From Rebecca billardiae RCC1528 (taxonomy: Eukaryota; Protista; Haptophyta): a DNA stretch of 64,000 nt. Below are positions 25,276-40,436 of this stretch, piece after piece. Position 1 is the stretch's first letter, and each line of letters opens with the position of its first letter. The position numbers and the translations under genes are program-made. The DNA lies in assembly GCA_965240325.2 (NCBI GenBank), contig OZ251242.1, forward strand, positions 248,001-312,000. The letters are read 5' to 3'. The notes beneath the pieces are model-generated. The model did no database searches. It was given only the letters and a program-made list of their open reading frames with translations, and was not told the origin of the DNA.

Positions 25276-26151
25276 TGATCTGCTGAGGCGCGCGCATCAG
25301 CATCAGCATATTATTATTGCTGATGACGCCGCGGACTCGAGGAGTCGATCGTCACGACAGCATGTAACGTCATCATGCTGACGACTGCTACAGGTCGATG
25401 AGGGCAGAATAGGAGACAGAGGGCACTGTCTTTGAGACAAAGGCGGCGGCCCCGAGTGGCACGGCACTGGCGGCCCACAGTGTCACTGAGTCACTGAGTG
25501 CTCGGGGGCACAGTGGGCGTGGTGCATGGCGCCCGCCTCGCACGCGCTACAGCGCCCGGTGAGGTGGACGCAAGTCTGTCGAGGCGCGTCACATGTGTGC
25601 CCAAGGTGCATGCCTGGCACCTCCGCTCGTTTGCCGGCCGCTCCGCTGCCCATGCCTGGCCTGCATGCACCCGAAACGTAGCCGCCAAACGTGCCCCGCC
25701 ACTGTGAGACGCCCGCGAACCGCGATGCACGGTGCCCTTCAGTGACGTGAGCAAGGTAGTCTACTACTGCAAGGGGGCGCCAGCCTGACGGCTGGCCATG
25801 CCATGGGAGGTAGTAGGGACGTCAGACACGCGCCAAGAGCCCATGGGAAGCTTGCTCTCCCCAGTTGATGAGCTCGTCGGGCGTGCGCACGCGGTTTGTC
25901 TCAAAGTCCCCCCCCCCCCCCCCCCCCCCCCCCAAAGTGAGACAAACTTGATGGTGCTCGTGCTCCTCAACGGCATAGAGTTAGCCCACGAGACTCGCAG
26001 CTTGAACTCTTCGTCTGATGCCCTCCACGACGACGTGCGCGAAGGGCGTGAGCGCCATCGTGGTGGAGCAAGGGGGAGCGCAAAACACGATCCGGGATTT
26101 TGTTTAGGCGGCACGCTGTGAAAAGCGAGACCCGCGATCTCGCCACGAATT

Positions 26152-27898
26152 ATGGGGCCGCCTCGGTCCGCCGTCGTCACGGCGTGCGGCGTCGTGGCGC
26201 TGGTAGTGCTGGGCGCGTGCGCGAGCCTGTTGGCGACGTGGCGCTCCATCGCGCCCAGGCCGTCGATCCCGGGTGGCTCGCTGACCGTCGCATCGCCTGC
26301 AAGCCGCGCCGAGCCGCGCGCGGCGCCGAACGATACGCACGCGGACTTGGAAGCGGTCGCCGCCATCCTGGACCTGCACTTGATCAGGATCACCGCAATC
26401 GACCAGCTGCTGGACCTAGAGGAGGCCTCCTTCTCGTTCGAGCAGCTGGACGGGCAAGTGCCCGCGCTCATGCGCTTCATCGAGACGAGCACCAAGCTGA
26501 AGAAGATCACGCTCGGGCCGCCCGGCAACGGCACCGAGTGCATGCTTGTGCTCGCGAACAGGCTCCGGGCCAACTTCCCGCTCAAGCAGCTCAGCCTGAA
26601 GTGCGCGCGCGGGACGGCACGCCGAGTCCGCGCGTATGCGCGCGGTCGACCGCGGAGGGCTGGTGCTGGCTCGTGCCTGACTCAGGGGTGCTCTCCTCCC
26701 AACCGCATGCACGGCGCTCGCGCCCTTGCGCCCACCCCGCTGGGGCACAGGGAGGGCACGTTCTGGGACGGCTACAACGTCTTAGCGTCGTACCCCGACT
26801 TAATGGATGCGCTGAAGACCAACACGGTGCTCGAAGCGATCGAGCTGGGGTGCGCGCTCCGTGCGGCGCAGGGCTGCGCAGCGCTGCGACACGCCGCGCT
26901 GCATGAGTTGCTTTGGTGGGCGGCTGGGATCTTCTCTCCTGTCCCCTGGCCTGGTGGGAGCAGGAGCAGGACGGGGGGGAAGTGCGATCACAGCCACGGG
27001 CGCGGCAGCTGCCTGGGCACGCCCACTGAGCCGCCCACCTTTCACGGCACGCCGCTGCACATGGGCGGCGACGTTGGGCCTACCAGGGGTTGCCCCTTCG
27101 ACCGCTTTGCTCGCGAATTCATGCCAGCCGTGGACTTGCTGGTAGATGCGCTTGTGGCCAACACCGCGCTCAAGTCAGTCGACACCGGGTGTGCGCAATC
27201 TGCCCCACCGCACGCCACCCGCACCCCTGCCCCTCACGCCATCCCTTCGCCCCTCTGCCCTCCTATCTGGCAGCATCATCCCAGGCTACGACAGTGACGC
27301 GGTGAGTGCGCTGGCGAAGCCGTTCGAGACCAACCGGGTGATCGAGCACTTCAGCATGAGGTACGCGCGCCGCGCGTGCTGCCGTGACGTGCGAGGCATG
27401 GCGTGGTGCCGTCGGTTTAAACGCGTCGCTGCGTCCGAACGGCCCCACGCGCCCCCGACCCAGCGCTTAACCCGATAACCGACCCCTCCTCACTCCTACG
27501 CGTGTGCGCCTGCTATCGAAGCCCCAGAGTGATGGGTTGGATTGATGACACCGCATACGATCCATGGATCGCTGCATTCAAGATCAACGACGTGCTGCAG
27601 GCGGTCGACTTGGGGTACGCGCAGCAGAACGGACGAGGCCCTGCGCGACGCGAGCGTCCGCTGCGCGGTCAGCTCCAGACAAGGCTGGGGCACACCGCAC
27701 TCGCTCCTAGGCAGCGCGCCGCGCCGGCCATGCCCGCAGCCTGCTCACTGACCCGGCTTGGCTGCCCTCCGCGCTTCGCCCGCGTACGCGCTCAACGCCC
27801 GAACCGCCTCCGCATTCCTCCCCTTTCTGCATCTGCCTCGTGCCACACCCACAGCCTCGAGGAGCAGCCTCACTCGCCAGATTTCTGCGCTCGCGTGA
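26152..27898 (+). CDS. LRR gene copy 3 (intact), 7 exons
   Basis: Near-identical to copy 2 up to about 27810, then divergent. Ends RQISALA*. Confidence 0.78.
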
Positions 27899-28111
27899 AC
27901 CAAGCGTGGAACACGTTTCCTCGCCGTCAGCACGACATCGCATGCAACCACTGGCGCCGCTGAATGAATCCCGGAGTCCCAGCGGCACGGCAGCCACAGG
28001 CAGGCAGCAGATGCCCTTGGCCGGGCCTGGGCCGCAGCGGCGGCGTCAGTCGACTCCGACGACGCTCTGGCCGCGGCAGACTGGCGTGGGACTAGCTGGA
28101 GAGCTGGGCAT

Positions 28112-29606
28112 GCCACCAACCGGTCCAGACCTCGGGATTTGCCAGCCCAAACCCAAAACTCTCCTCAGGCTTGCAAACCAAGCCCCCCAAAACCCCTCGC
28201 GCGGCGAAAGGCACCGTCCCTTAGGAGTCGATGCCTTCCGGGAGCTCTTTGAATACGCGTTGCGCGATGCGCGGGCACTCCCGGACAGCCGCCGCCAAGA
28301 AGGCCAGCTGCGCGCGCCCTCCTCGGTCGTCCGCCGCGGCGCGTGCGCGTCGAGGCGCATGACGGGCTTTGCCGTGCACGTCGTGCCCGTGCGCGCGGCT
28401 CATGCACGTCTCACGACCGAGATGCATGTCTTGCGCGCCCTCCTTTGGCTCGCACTGCGGTCTCCTCGTCGACAGCCTTGTGATCACGCGCGCCGCCATT
28501 TCAACCGGTTGCTGGCCTGCCAGCTGTCGAGCGTGCGTGTGCGGTCTGATCGATGTCGGCATGGCTGCCGGCGAAGCAGTGATGTTGAGTACACCCATAC
28601 CCATCTCGCAGAAGCGAAAAAGCTGACCTTTGAATGCCCCAGGGGCGCACGCGTGCCCATCACGCTCGTCGGACAGGCCTTCTCCAGAACTGCGCTTGCC
28701 ATCCGGCAGGTCTCTGCGCGCGGAGAGGGCGGCGAGGGCGTCGACGAGGCGGCACGATTGCTGCCTACGGGTCTTCTGGCTCCCACAAAGTGCCCGCGCA
28801 CGGCTGTCACGCCCGCATGCGGCCTTGGGAGCGCTGCGCAGGCGGGCCCTCGCGTCGCCCAGTGCTCGCCATCCCGTTTTGGGGGGCTTGGTTTGCAAGC
28901 CTCAGGAGAGTTTCCGGGTGGAAATCGGGGCGCCGCGCTCCCGGACTCAGCTGAACGCCGCCGCCGCCGCCACCTCGCTCGCGCCTACCGCCGCCAGGGC
29001 GAGGCCGCGCGACGTCCAGTAGAGCTTCCGATGGGACGCAGCGGGGCGGTAGCGAGGCTGCGAACTACTGTAGCATGCGTGTGGCGCAGCGCTTTGCGCC
29101 CTCGCACCTCGAAGGTCAGCTTGAGGCCCGCGCGAGCGCGAGCTTGCGCCGCCGCCACATTCTGCAAGTGACATGGGCGCCTTGCCTCCCGAGGCAGCAG
29201 AGAGGCACGCACGCGCGGGAAGCCGCTGGGCACCATGGCGCGCGTCTACGACCGTACTGTAACATGGCTCACGCCTTCCTGGGATGCGCGCCTCGGGTTG
29301 CTCTCAGCGCGCGCATACTTTGCGGGGATGACAGCACGGCTAAAGTGAGAGGCGGCGCACACGTCCGTGCGGGCTCAAGGCGCGGAGAAGATGGGCAGAC
29401 GCGAGTCGCCCGGTGCAGGGCGGCGCAGAAAGGCGCTATGCCTCTGCACGACGGCGTGCGCCATCGCCGCGTGCACGTCTACGACCACGGCGGCGCGGCA
29501 GCCGGCGGCGCCTCGCGGCGGATGGCTGTGGCGGCGCACGCGGCGCACGCGGCGGGTTTTGAATTTCCGAGTTTCCCAAATCCTGAGGTCTGGACCGGTT
29601 GGAGGC
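28112..29606. mobile_element. 1.5-kb non-autonomous TIR element flanked by AT
   Basis: TIR gcc[a/t]ccaaccggtccagacctc[g/a]ggatttg. AT at 28110-11 and 29607-08. Absent from the homologous flank of copies 1 and 2. Internal 36-bp IR pair at about 28157-28193 and 28877-28913. Confidence 0.85.
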
Positions 29607-29886
29607 ATCACCCGCGCCGTTCAGCAGCGCTGGTCTGCTGAGGCGCGCGCAACCCGCGCATCCGCAGCGCATTGTCGTTCGTCATGGACGGGACTCGATG
29701 AGTCGATCGTCACGCCATGTAACGTCATCATGCTGACGACTGAGGCGCTGTGTTAATTAATAACGCGGCCTGTCGCCTATAGTAGTATTTAGCCGTTGAC
29801 GAACCACTGCTGGAGCTGGAGCCCATTGTCAGGACCGCGCGCCCGACCGAAGGTGCTGCGCATCAGCTCGCCGCGCGCGAGCAGCC

Positions 29887-31400
29887 ATGCGGTCCAACCT
29901 CGCGGCGCTCGGCGCGCTACTCCTGCTCGCGGCGCAAGCGCACGCGCTCGCCGGCTTCGGCTCGCGCGCCCGGCCGGCTGGCCGCGCCACCGCGCGCATG
30001 GCGGCACCCTCGCCCCTCGCCGCGCTCGCCAGCGCGTTTGGCAACGCCGTGAGTCAGCTCGGCGTGAGCGCGCCGGGCGCGGCGGCGCCCAGCCCGCCCG
30101 CCGTGCAGCGGCTGCTCGAGCTGGTCAAGGCGGGCGCGGAGCGCGAGGCGATCGAGGCGGCGATTGACGAGCTCCCCCCTTCCCCGCCCGCCGCCGCCAT
30201 CGACGGCCGCTGGCAGCTCGAGTGGACGTCGGAGAAGGAGGTGAACTTCCTTCGCGAAAAGGGCCTTTTTGGAACGCCGTGCGTCGGCGTGGTGCAGGAC
30301 GTGCGACTCGAGGCGGGCGCGCTGGAGAACCTGGTGCTCTTCGAGGACGGCTGCCTCCGCGTCGGCTCCACCGCCGCGCGCGCCGACTCCGACCCGAGCG
30401 GCCGCCGGGTCGACTTCAAGTTTGGCACGTGCGCCGTGCGGCGCGGCGGTCTTGAGCTCCCACTTCCGCCGGTGGGCGAGGGCTGGTTCGAGACGGTGTA
30501 CGTGGACGGGCGCGTGCGCGTCTCGCGCGACGTGCGCGGGGACTCGTCGGTCTCCACGTACCTCGGCCCCACCGAGCTCTTCTCCACCGACGACGCCGAC
30601 CTCGACGCCGAGCGCGCGGTCGCGCTGCTCAAGCGCGCGGCGGCGACGCGAGCGGTCGGCGGCGACGCGGTCGTCGGCGCCCTGCTGGCGCTGGAGCGGC
30701 GGATGCGGGAGGCGTCGAAGGCGGACGCGGGCGTGGCGAGCGCGCAGCTGCAGGCGCTGGATGGCGCGTGGCGCCTCGTCTTCACCACCGGCACCATCGA
30801 CACGCAGAAGGCGACCGGCCAGCGTGCGCGCACCGCGCGCACCGCGCGCACCGCGCGCACCGCGCGCCGCGCGCCGCCGCGCCACGCCGCGCGCCTCTGC
30901 GGTCGCGCCTCGCGAGCCGCGCCTCGCGACGGCTCACGCAGCCGCGGCCGGCGTTCGTCGCCCCCGCGCGCGCCGCAGGCATCAACTACTTCCCGGTCAA
31001 GGCGGTGCAGACCTTCGACACCGCGCCCAGCCCGATGGCCATCTCGAACGGCATCTTCCTCAGCGAGGCGGACGGCGCGAAACCGCTTGTGCGCTTCTTC
31101 GGCCCGTTCGAATGGCTCCCCTCCGCGGGCGGGATGCGCAGGCTCGAGTTCGACTTCGACCGGATCGAGCTGCTCGGCGGCGCGGCGAAGTTCGACCTCG
31201 GCCGCGGCAAGGCGGCCGAGCTCGGCGCCAAGTCGGGCCTCGGCAGCAAGAACAACGAGGAGCGGCTGCAGAAGGGTCAGAAGCCCTTCTTCGCGTGGGC
31301 GTACGCAGACGGCGAGATCGCGACCGCGCGAGGCGGCGGCGGCGGCATCGCGCTCTGGCGGCGGACCGTGTCGCCGGACGCGCCGGCTGGCGCGGACTGA
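29887..31400 (+). CDS. Plastid lipid-associated protein with two PAP-fibrillin domains; intron 30824-30978
   Basis: Signal peptide followed by AGF and a transit-like segment. IDGRWQLEWTSEKE, GWFETVYVDGRVRVSRDVRGD, LDGAWRLVFTT, YADGEIATARGGGGGIALW. Confidence 0.88.
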
Positions 31401-31751
31401 GCGCGGCGCGGCGCCGTCGCAGGTGCAGGCGGCACGTGGCACGTGTCGTCGTCGTCGATCATCGGCGCTATAACTTCGTTACACTGCGCGCGCTTAATTA
31501 CTTCGTCGTCAAGCTGGCGCCTGGCGGTGTCGTCGCGTGCCCGCATCATGCGCGCGCGTGACATACGACGACGACAGCAGTCATCACGACGACATCAGTC
31601 ATCACGGCGGCGCGCGGCGCAGTATCATAGCAGCAGGCGGTACTCGGCATCACGGCAGCAGCGGCGGCGCCGGGCCCAGCAGCCTATACGGCACGTCCAG
31701 CGCGCGGATCGGACGGGGATCGCCGCGCGCATCAACTCGCTCCGTTATTAC

Positions 31752-31754
<3 letters not shown>

Positions 31755-31841
<87 letters not shown>
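31755..31841. repeat. (TA)n microsatellite
   Basis: Seen directly. Further TA tracts at about 33818-33868, 39344-39398 and 40385-40432. Confidence 0.97.
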
Positions 31842-31844
<3 letters not shown>

Positions 31845-31846
31845 TA

Positions 31847-33805
31847 AACTTTTCTGAGGATAGCGCACCAGCTAAATCCCTTGACCGTCATCCGGGCCGA
31901 AGTGGCGCAAAATGGCGGATGCCCCCTTTGGACGCCCTTCCGCGCCTTCGAGCGGCTCGTGCGCGTCGGGAAGTGCGCCGAAGCGTATCCGGAGCATGCT
32001 CCATCGACGCGTCGCACTGCCGGGCCCTCGCATGCGAGCCCATGCCGACGTCTGAGTGCGCCTCGCTGCGCACGGTACAGCTTGACGGTACATGGCACGA
32101 TTGGGGCCGCGAGCAGCCTCGTGCGCGCGACCGAGCCAGAGGTGGTCGTCAAGAGTAGCACGAGCGGCGGCACACGAGCGGGGCTGGTCGTTGCCGAATA
32201 TCTGACGCACCAATCGACCTCGCCCAGCGCCATCTGCTCGTTTGTGCACGTGTTGGAAAGGATGAGCAGCTGCGTGCAAACGCCGAGCGCGCAGATGAGG
32301 CGTGGGCGAGCGAAGGGGCGGCGAGGGCCGGCGCGTGCGCGCGCGTAAATTCGAGCCTCCCCATACGCATCGAAACACACCGCGCTCGCTCGTCGAGCTG
32401 CGCACGGGTATCGGTGCGCGCGCGCCAACGCGGCGCGCCGTGCACGCGCCCGGCGAACGCACACCTGCTCGCGCGCGCACGCGCACGTGATGGACCGAGG
32501 AGGTCGCGCGAGCATGCGCGATGTGTCTGGATGGAGCGTGTATGAGGTGTAGGCTGCGCTCCGCACGCGCTCCGCCACCGTGCACCGCGCTGCCCCTCGT
32601 CCACGCGATCGCCGCCGAGCCCAGATTCAAACGCGCGCGAGCCCGCGAGCGCGCCTCCGAGCAGCGCTTGCAGCGATCGTGTCGAAGGCTTGGCGAGAGG
32701 CAGATGTGCATGGCAAGTAGCGCAATGGGGGTGCCCATCACGCACACACACCCGCGCACGCTCGCTGCACCACCTCGTCGTGCCCACATTCAGCGCGCGG
32801 GGCGCACTTTGCGCCTCGAGCAGCTGCCGAGCGGCTCCCGCGCGCGGCGCGCGCGGCGAGTAGAACTCAGCCAATGGTCCGAGGGCGAGCCGGCCGAGCG
32901 TCGTGCGTGACGCACATGGACCTGGTGCAACGCCGCGTACCACTCGCAGCCACCATCGCGCCCGTACCAGCGAGCTGTGGCCGCCGCCGACACCCCAAAG
33001 CAGCCCAGCCGTCAGCACGCGACAGCCGACGAGCGCGCGACGCGCGCGTGCACCACCGTGATGAGCACGGATGAGCGCGCGCGCCCGTGTCGTAGCTCAG
33101 GTGGGGTCCCCCGATCGCACGCACCACCGCGCTGCCACGCCTTCGACCATCTTGTGTCACCACGCGGGCACACGCCGGGCAGGCGGCGGGGGCAGCCCGC
33201 TCGGCAAACGGTCAGCGCGCAGCGAGGATGGAGTCCGGCGAGGGGCGACCGGAGTGTCCGGCGCGACGGAGATGGTCCACGCCGTGGTCGCCGACGCGAT
33301 CCTCACCACCTCCGAGGCCGTGGTGGCCGCCCGGGAGAAGGAATGCTCCCAGTCGCACCCTTTGCAGTGCTCCTTTGCGCGTGCACGCAACGGCGAGGAG
33401 CGGAAGCGTTAGAGGGCATTTTTTGTGCAGTTCAGGCGTTCTTTCCCCAAAATGTAGAATGCGCGGAGAAGTGCCTTCTAACGATTTTCGTGTGCAGCCG
33501 TGCCGCGCGCGCGAGGAAGGCCACATGCGGCTCCTTGCACATCTGCTGCAGATCGGCTCGTGCTCGGCGAGCGCGGCGAGGAGGAAGGTGCGCGCTCGCG
33601 AGCTGGCGCACCTGGGAGACCTCGCGGCCTCCGAACAGAAAGAGCGCGTCGAGCGCAACGCCGCAGGTCGCACGGTCGCGATCTCGCGAGAGCGGTGGTG
33701 CGAGGGCGGGCCTCGCCATCGCGCGTTTCTGCGTCCAAACGCGGCCTCCGTGAAATCCGGATGACGGTCAAGGGATTTTGCTGGTGCGCTATCCTCAGAA
33801 AAGTT
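31847..33805. mobile_element. 1.96-kb non-autonomous TIR element, TA-flanked and embedded in (TA)n
   Basis: About 50-bp TIR aacttttctgaggatagcgcaccagc[t/a]aaatcccttgaccgtcatccgg. TA at 31845-46 and 33806-07. No recognisable transposase. Confidence 0.88.
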
Positions 33806-33816
33806 TACACATATAA

Positions 33817-33870
<54 letters not shown>

Positions 33871-34026
33871 GCTGCTATATACGATACGAAGCGAGTGTCA
33901 CAGCAGGCCTGACGATGCATGATGACTACTGTCACTGATGCATATGATCGGCTACGCCGATCTTCGGGTAGTGAACAACGAAGTTGGGGGCGCACGGCCC
34001 TAGTGGCTAGTGCTCAGAGTCACCGA

Positions 34027-35198
34027 TCACGCAGCTTGTGAATGTGAGCAGCAGCCGCGGCTTGTGACGACACGGTCGGACGGTCGGACGGTGCCGGTGC
34101 GGCGGGGGCAGCGGCGGCGCGACGGCGTCGGCGGTGGCGCGCTCGCACAGCGTCCTGCAGCACGTAAGCGCAGCGTGGGCTGCGTGTGCAGCAGCTCGCC
34201 GCTCAGCTCCCGCCGCTCCACGCCGCCGCAGCGGCGCGCGCGGCGCGCGCCCGCTTCGGCCGCGGCCGCGCCCGCCACCGTCCGTCGCGCCGCCGCCAGC
34301 TGCTGCGCCGTCGGTGACGGCGGCGGGTCGAGTGCGGAGAGGAGGTGGATGAGCCAGTGCAGCCCGGACTGCGTGACGTCCACGTCCACCACCGCGTCCT
34401 CCTTCGCCACCGCCATCTCCTCCGCCCGCCCCGCCCCCCAGCGGCGGTCCCACCACCCAGGCGGCGACCGGCCCGGCGCGCGCTGCGGGCGCCCGCGCGC
34501 CGCCGCTGCCGTCGGCGGCGGCGATCGCGGCGGCGAGCGGCGATCGCGGCAGCCCGTCGGGCGGCGGCGGCGGCGCGCCGCCGCCCTCCGCTCCGCCCTC
34601 CGACGCCGCCCTCCGACGCCGCCCTCCGACGCCGCCCTCCGACGCCGCCCTCCGACGCCGCCCTCCGACGCCGCCGCCTCCGATCCGCCCCGCCGCCGCC
34701 GGGCGACTGCGCTCGGATGACGAACCGGCTGGGCGGCAGCGACCAGCCGCGTGGGCGGCGTGACGCGACGCGCTCTCCGCCGCTGACGGAGGAGTTGACG
34801 GAGGTCGTGCGCGCGAGGTCGGCGGCGGTGTGCGCGGCGGCGCTGGGCGAGTGCGCCAGCCTCTCGGGCAGCACATGCCCCGCCGCGCGCCCGCCGCCGC
34901 CCAGGCTCCCGCGCTCGGCCTCGCGCCGCACCGCCGCGCGGTCCGAGTGCAGACGCCTGTCGACCGGATAGGTCAGATTTGCGACGCAGCCTGCGGAGAG
35001 GGTGGCGCATGCGGCGGGCTCGGCGGGGTCGAGCGCGCAGTGCGCGATCACCTCGAGCAGCAGCTGCGCCACCCCGTACGCGCGCAGCATCGGCGCGTCC
35101 GGTCGCATCACCCGTGCAGTCCGGTCGCCAGCAAGCCGCGGAGCCGCGGCGGCGGCGGCACGCGGGCGGCCGCCGCCGGCGAGGGTGAGGACGGACAT
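34027..35198 (-). pseudogene. Uncharacterised, apparently frameshifted coding region
   Basis: Protein-like segments (AYGVAQLLLEVIAHC; EEMAVAKEDAVVDVDVTQSGLHWLIHLL) lie in different frames. Confidence 0.35.
34595..34672. repeat. 13-bp minisatellite (gccctccgacgcc) x6
   Basis: Six perfect units seen directly. Confidence 0.92.
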
Positions 35199-36278
35199 GC
35201 CATTCGGCGCACCTCCCTCGACTGCGCCGCCACCATCGCCCTCGCTCCCTTCAGCCGCCTCCCCCGACGCCTCCGCCTCCGCCTCCGCCGCACCGACGCC
35301 GCCGCACCCGCGGCACTTTGCCGTTGGATCGTCGTCACCGAGCCGTCACGCGCAACTTTTCGTGCCGATCATCATTATTGATCAGAGTCTGTCCAGGACA
35401 GCGTACACCCATTTGAATCAGAGAGCTCTTATTGATCGCAGATAGAGCACAAACGCGTCGATTCATACCCGCATTGGCTTTGAATCAGTTGGCAATACGG
35501 GGTGAGGAATCTTGAATCACAACCGTGATTATTGACCTTTCCGCTCAGGCTGTCCAGGACACACTCACCACACTATTCTAGCGCAGTTCTCTTAAGAGAA
35601 GAGGGATGCGTCTAATCTAAAACGCTGTTTTTCAGAAGCGCGTGAATCAAAGCTGACGACCCAACCTATCGTTTCTATGGTTGGCGAGCTGTTTCAGGCT
35701 CTTACAATTCAGGCATCTTACTATGACGGAATGTTCTAACACACGGCTGGTGTTATGTGCTATTCCACCCTGCATTCCCCTAAGTGTTACTATCGTTAAA
35801 ATTAGCATCTACTACAAACGCAATCATTGCGGCAGCGATATCCACTCATACGCGGTGGCCACCTACCGAAAAATCCCCAAAATCCTGCGCGCATCCTCTT
35901 TTTGATTTTGCGGAGCACGTGCGCCGCCCCCCCCCCGGCTTTCGCTCACGCTCAGACCTTTCGGGGGGGGGGCCGTGCGCCATAACTACTCACTGAGTAA
36001 CTCTCTAACTACTCTGCGATCTGCGCGCTCATTGCCAGCAGACTCCCGGGCCGCTGGGGCCTGGCTGCTGGGCGGTGCTGGCCCGGGCACCGGCACGACT
36101 GAACCGTATACTCAGACTGGCCACCGCCGCCGCGCGTCCTACCGCGCCGCACAGCCTACGACGTCCCTTCAGTCGACGCCATGAGAGCCCACTGAGTCCA
36201 GGCTGCGCGCCGATCACCCGATGATGCCGTGATGCAGATGATGCCGATGCGGCGATGACGCCGCCGGTCGTCCGAGCA

Positions 36279-39016
<2,738 letters not shown>

Positions 39017-39508
39017 GCGCGCGCAATCACGCCCCCGCCCGCCCGCCGCGCGCACGGCCGGCTGCCGCGGCAGCCGTGAGCCGAAACTCGCGGCTCGGGT
39101 GCTGGCCGGTGCTGCCGCATGGCGCAGTGAGCACGTCTCGCGCGCGCGCGCCGAGGCTGCGACCAGCGATGTGCTGCGTGCCGCGTGTGTGGCCGTTGGG
39201 CCGGCGCACAGTCTGCGGTCCGAGATGTGATGGAATCGGTTGGCCCACGCATGACCGTATCAAACCGTTGCTTACCAGCGCTAAGCTAAGACTATTCGAC
39301 GTCAGCGGCGGCCGGCGACGATCGGTCTGCGGTGCACACATCCATATATATATATATATATATATACATATGTATAATATATATATATATATAATATAAC
39401 CAGAACCGAATTCGGATCCGGGATCACGGTGATGCCGCAGCGCCATTGTCGGCCGCGGATGAGTGACGTCCGAATATGAGTGCACACTCAACGTAGTACG
39501 TACCTTGA

Positions 39509-40022
39509 TGCCCCTGGCAAGATATGTGCTCGTCGATGAGATGGATGGCCGAAATATGGTATTCGATTATGTGCCTGCCTCCAGTGCAGATATTGCCTAC
39601 ATATATGGCGAAAATATTGGCTTCATTGCGGACCCGCGCGCGCGCGCCCGCGAGCGCGCAGTCCCAACTCTCACGCCTGGTGTCACTACAGTACTCACAA
39701 CGTCAGCCAGTCGTCAGAGCTGCCGCTTGTTGTACCTGAGCATCAGCGAGCCCTGCAGCATGCCTTCTGCGAGTCGCCGAACATGATCTTTAGCAGCAGA
39801 GCCACGTACGCGCTCGCACGCAGCCGAGCTCGGCAGTGAGAGCAAAGCCGATGTGCGCGGATGGACGTCTGGACGAGTAGACGGCGGCTCTGCGGGCGGT
39901 CCGCGGCGTCTGGATGCAAGATGCCCCAGTGAGATATTGCAAGATATGTGAAAAATATCCCCTCGCAGATTCGCGCTGGGAATATATGTGAAAAAAATAT
40001 GTCACATATCTTGCCAGGGGCA
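39509..40022. mobile_element. About 514-bp MITE
   Basis: Perfect 20-bp TIR tgcccctggcaagatatgtg. TSD is not clear. Confidence 0.78.
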
Positions 40023-40051
40023 ATACGTACCCCCGCGGAAGGCGGAACAGT

Positions 40052-40055
<4 letters not shown>

Positions 40056-40102
<47 letters not shown>
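40056..40102. repeat. (GT)n microsatellite
   Basis: Seen directly. Confidence 0.97.
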
Positions 40103-40104
<2 letters not shown>

Positions 40105-40144
40105 TACTATATAGATAAGATATAACTCAGCAGAGTAAGAATAA

Positions 40145-40203
40145 GAGACGCACACAGCTCAGGCAGGCGAGACGCCCGCCAACTGTCACCGCCCATGAAG
40201 CCG
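40145..40203 (+). repeat. Dispersed repeat gagacgcacacagctcaggcaggcgag...actgtcaccgccca
   Basis: Other copies at about 56182-56350 and 60421-60562, and a degenerate one at about 53400. Confidence 0.8.
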
Positions 40204-40382
40204 TTACACTCGGCGATCCGTATTTATAGCGTCGTCCGTCTACGACATCACGCTGCTGCAGAAACCGCGTTATTGCCCGCCCCGGATTAATAATATCGGA
40301 TTATGGTGCAAGATTTCAATAATCTATACATATGACGACGCGACTGATGATGCTAGTAACGTTATTATCACGACGACTAACG

Positions 40383-40436
<54 letters not shown>

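Larger units (their letters stand above)
19459..28110 (+). repeat. Tandem array of about 3.34-kb units (three gene copies, two spacers)
   Basis: ATGs at 19496, 22806 and 26152. Spacers are near-identical at an offset of 3342-3346, including poly-C tracts at about 22566 and 25908. Confidence 0.95.

Noticed and set aside
27840-29171. 443-aa ORF as a transposase
   Set aside because: It runs across a transposon boundary, has no DDE or other recognisable motif, and has non-coding-like composition.
31443-31868. ORFs with IYIYIY tracts
   Set aside because: Translations of the (TA)n microsatellite.
35386-35565. Possible MITE with gtccaggacagc ends
   Set aside because: The inverted match is short and imperfect, with no TSD or second copy.
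39017-39500. TPP riboswitch in the THI4 3' UTR or intron
   Set aside because: No CUGAGA...CCCU...ACCUGAU core found by eye. An Infernal scan would settle it.
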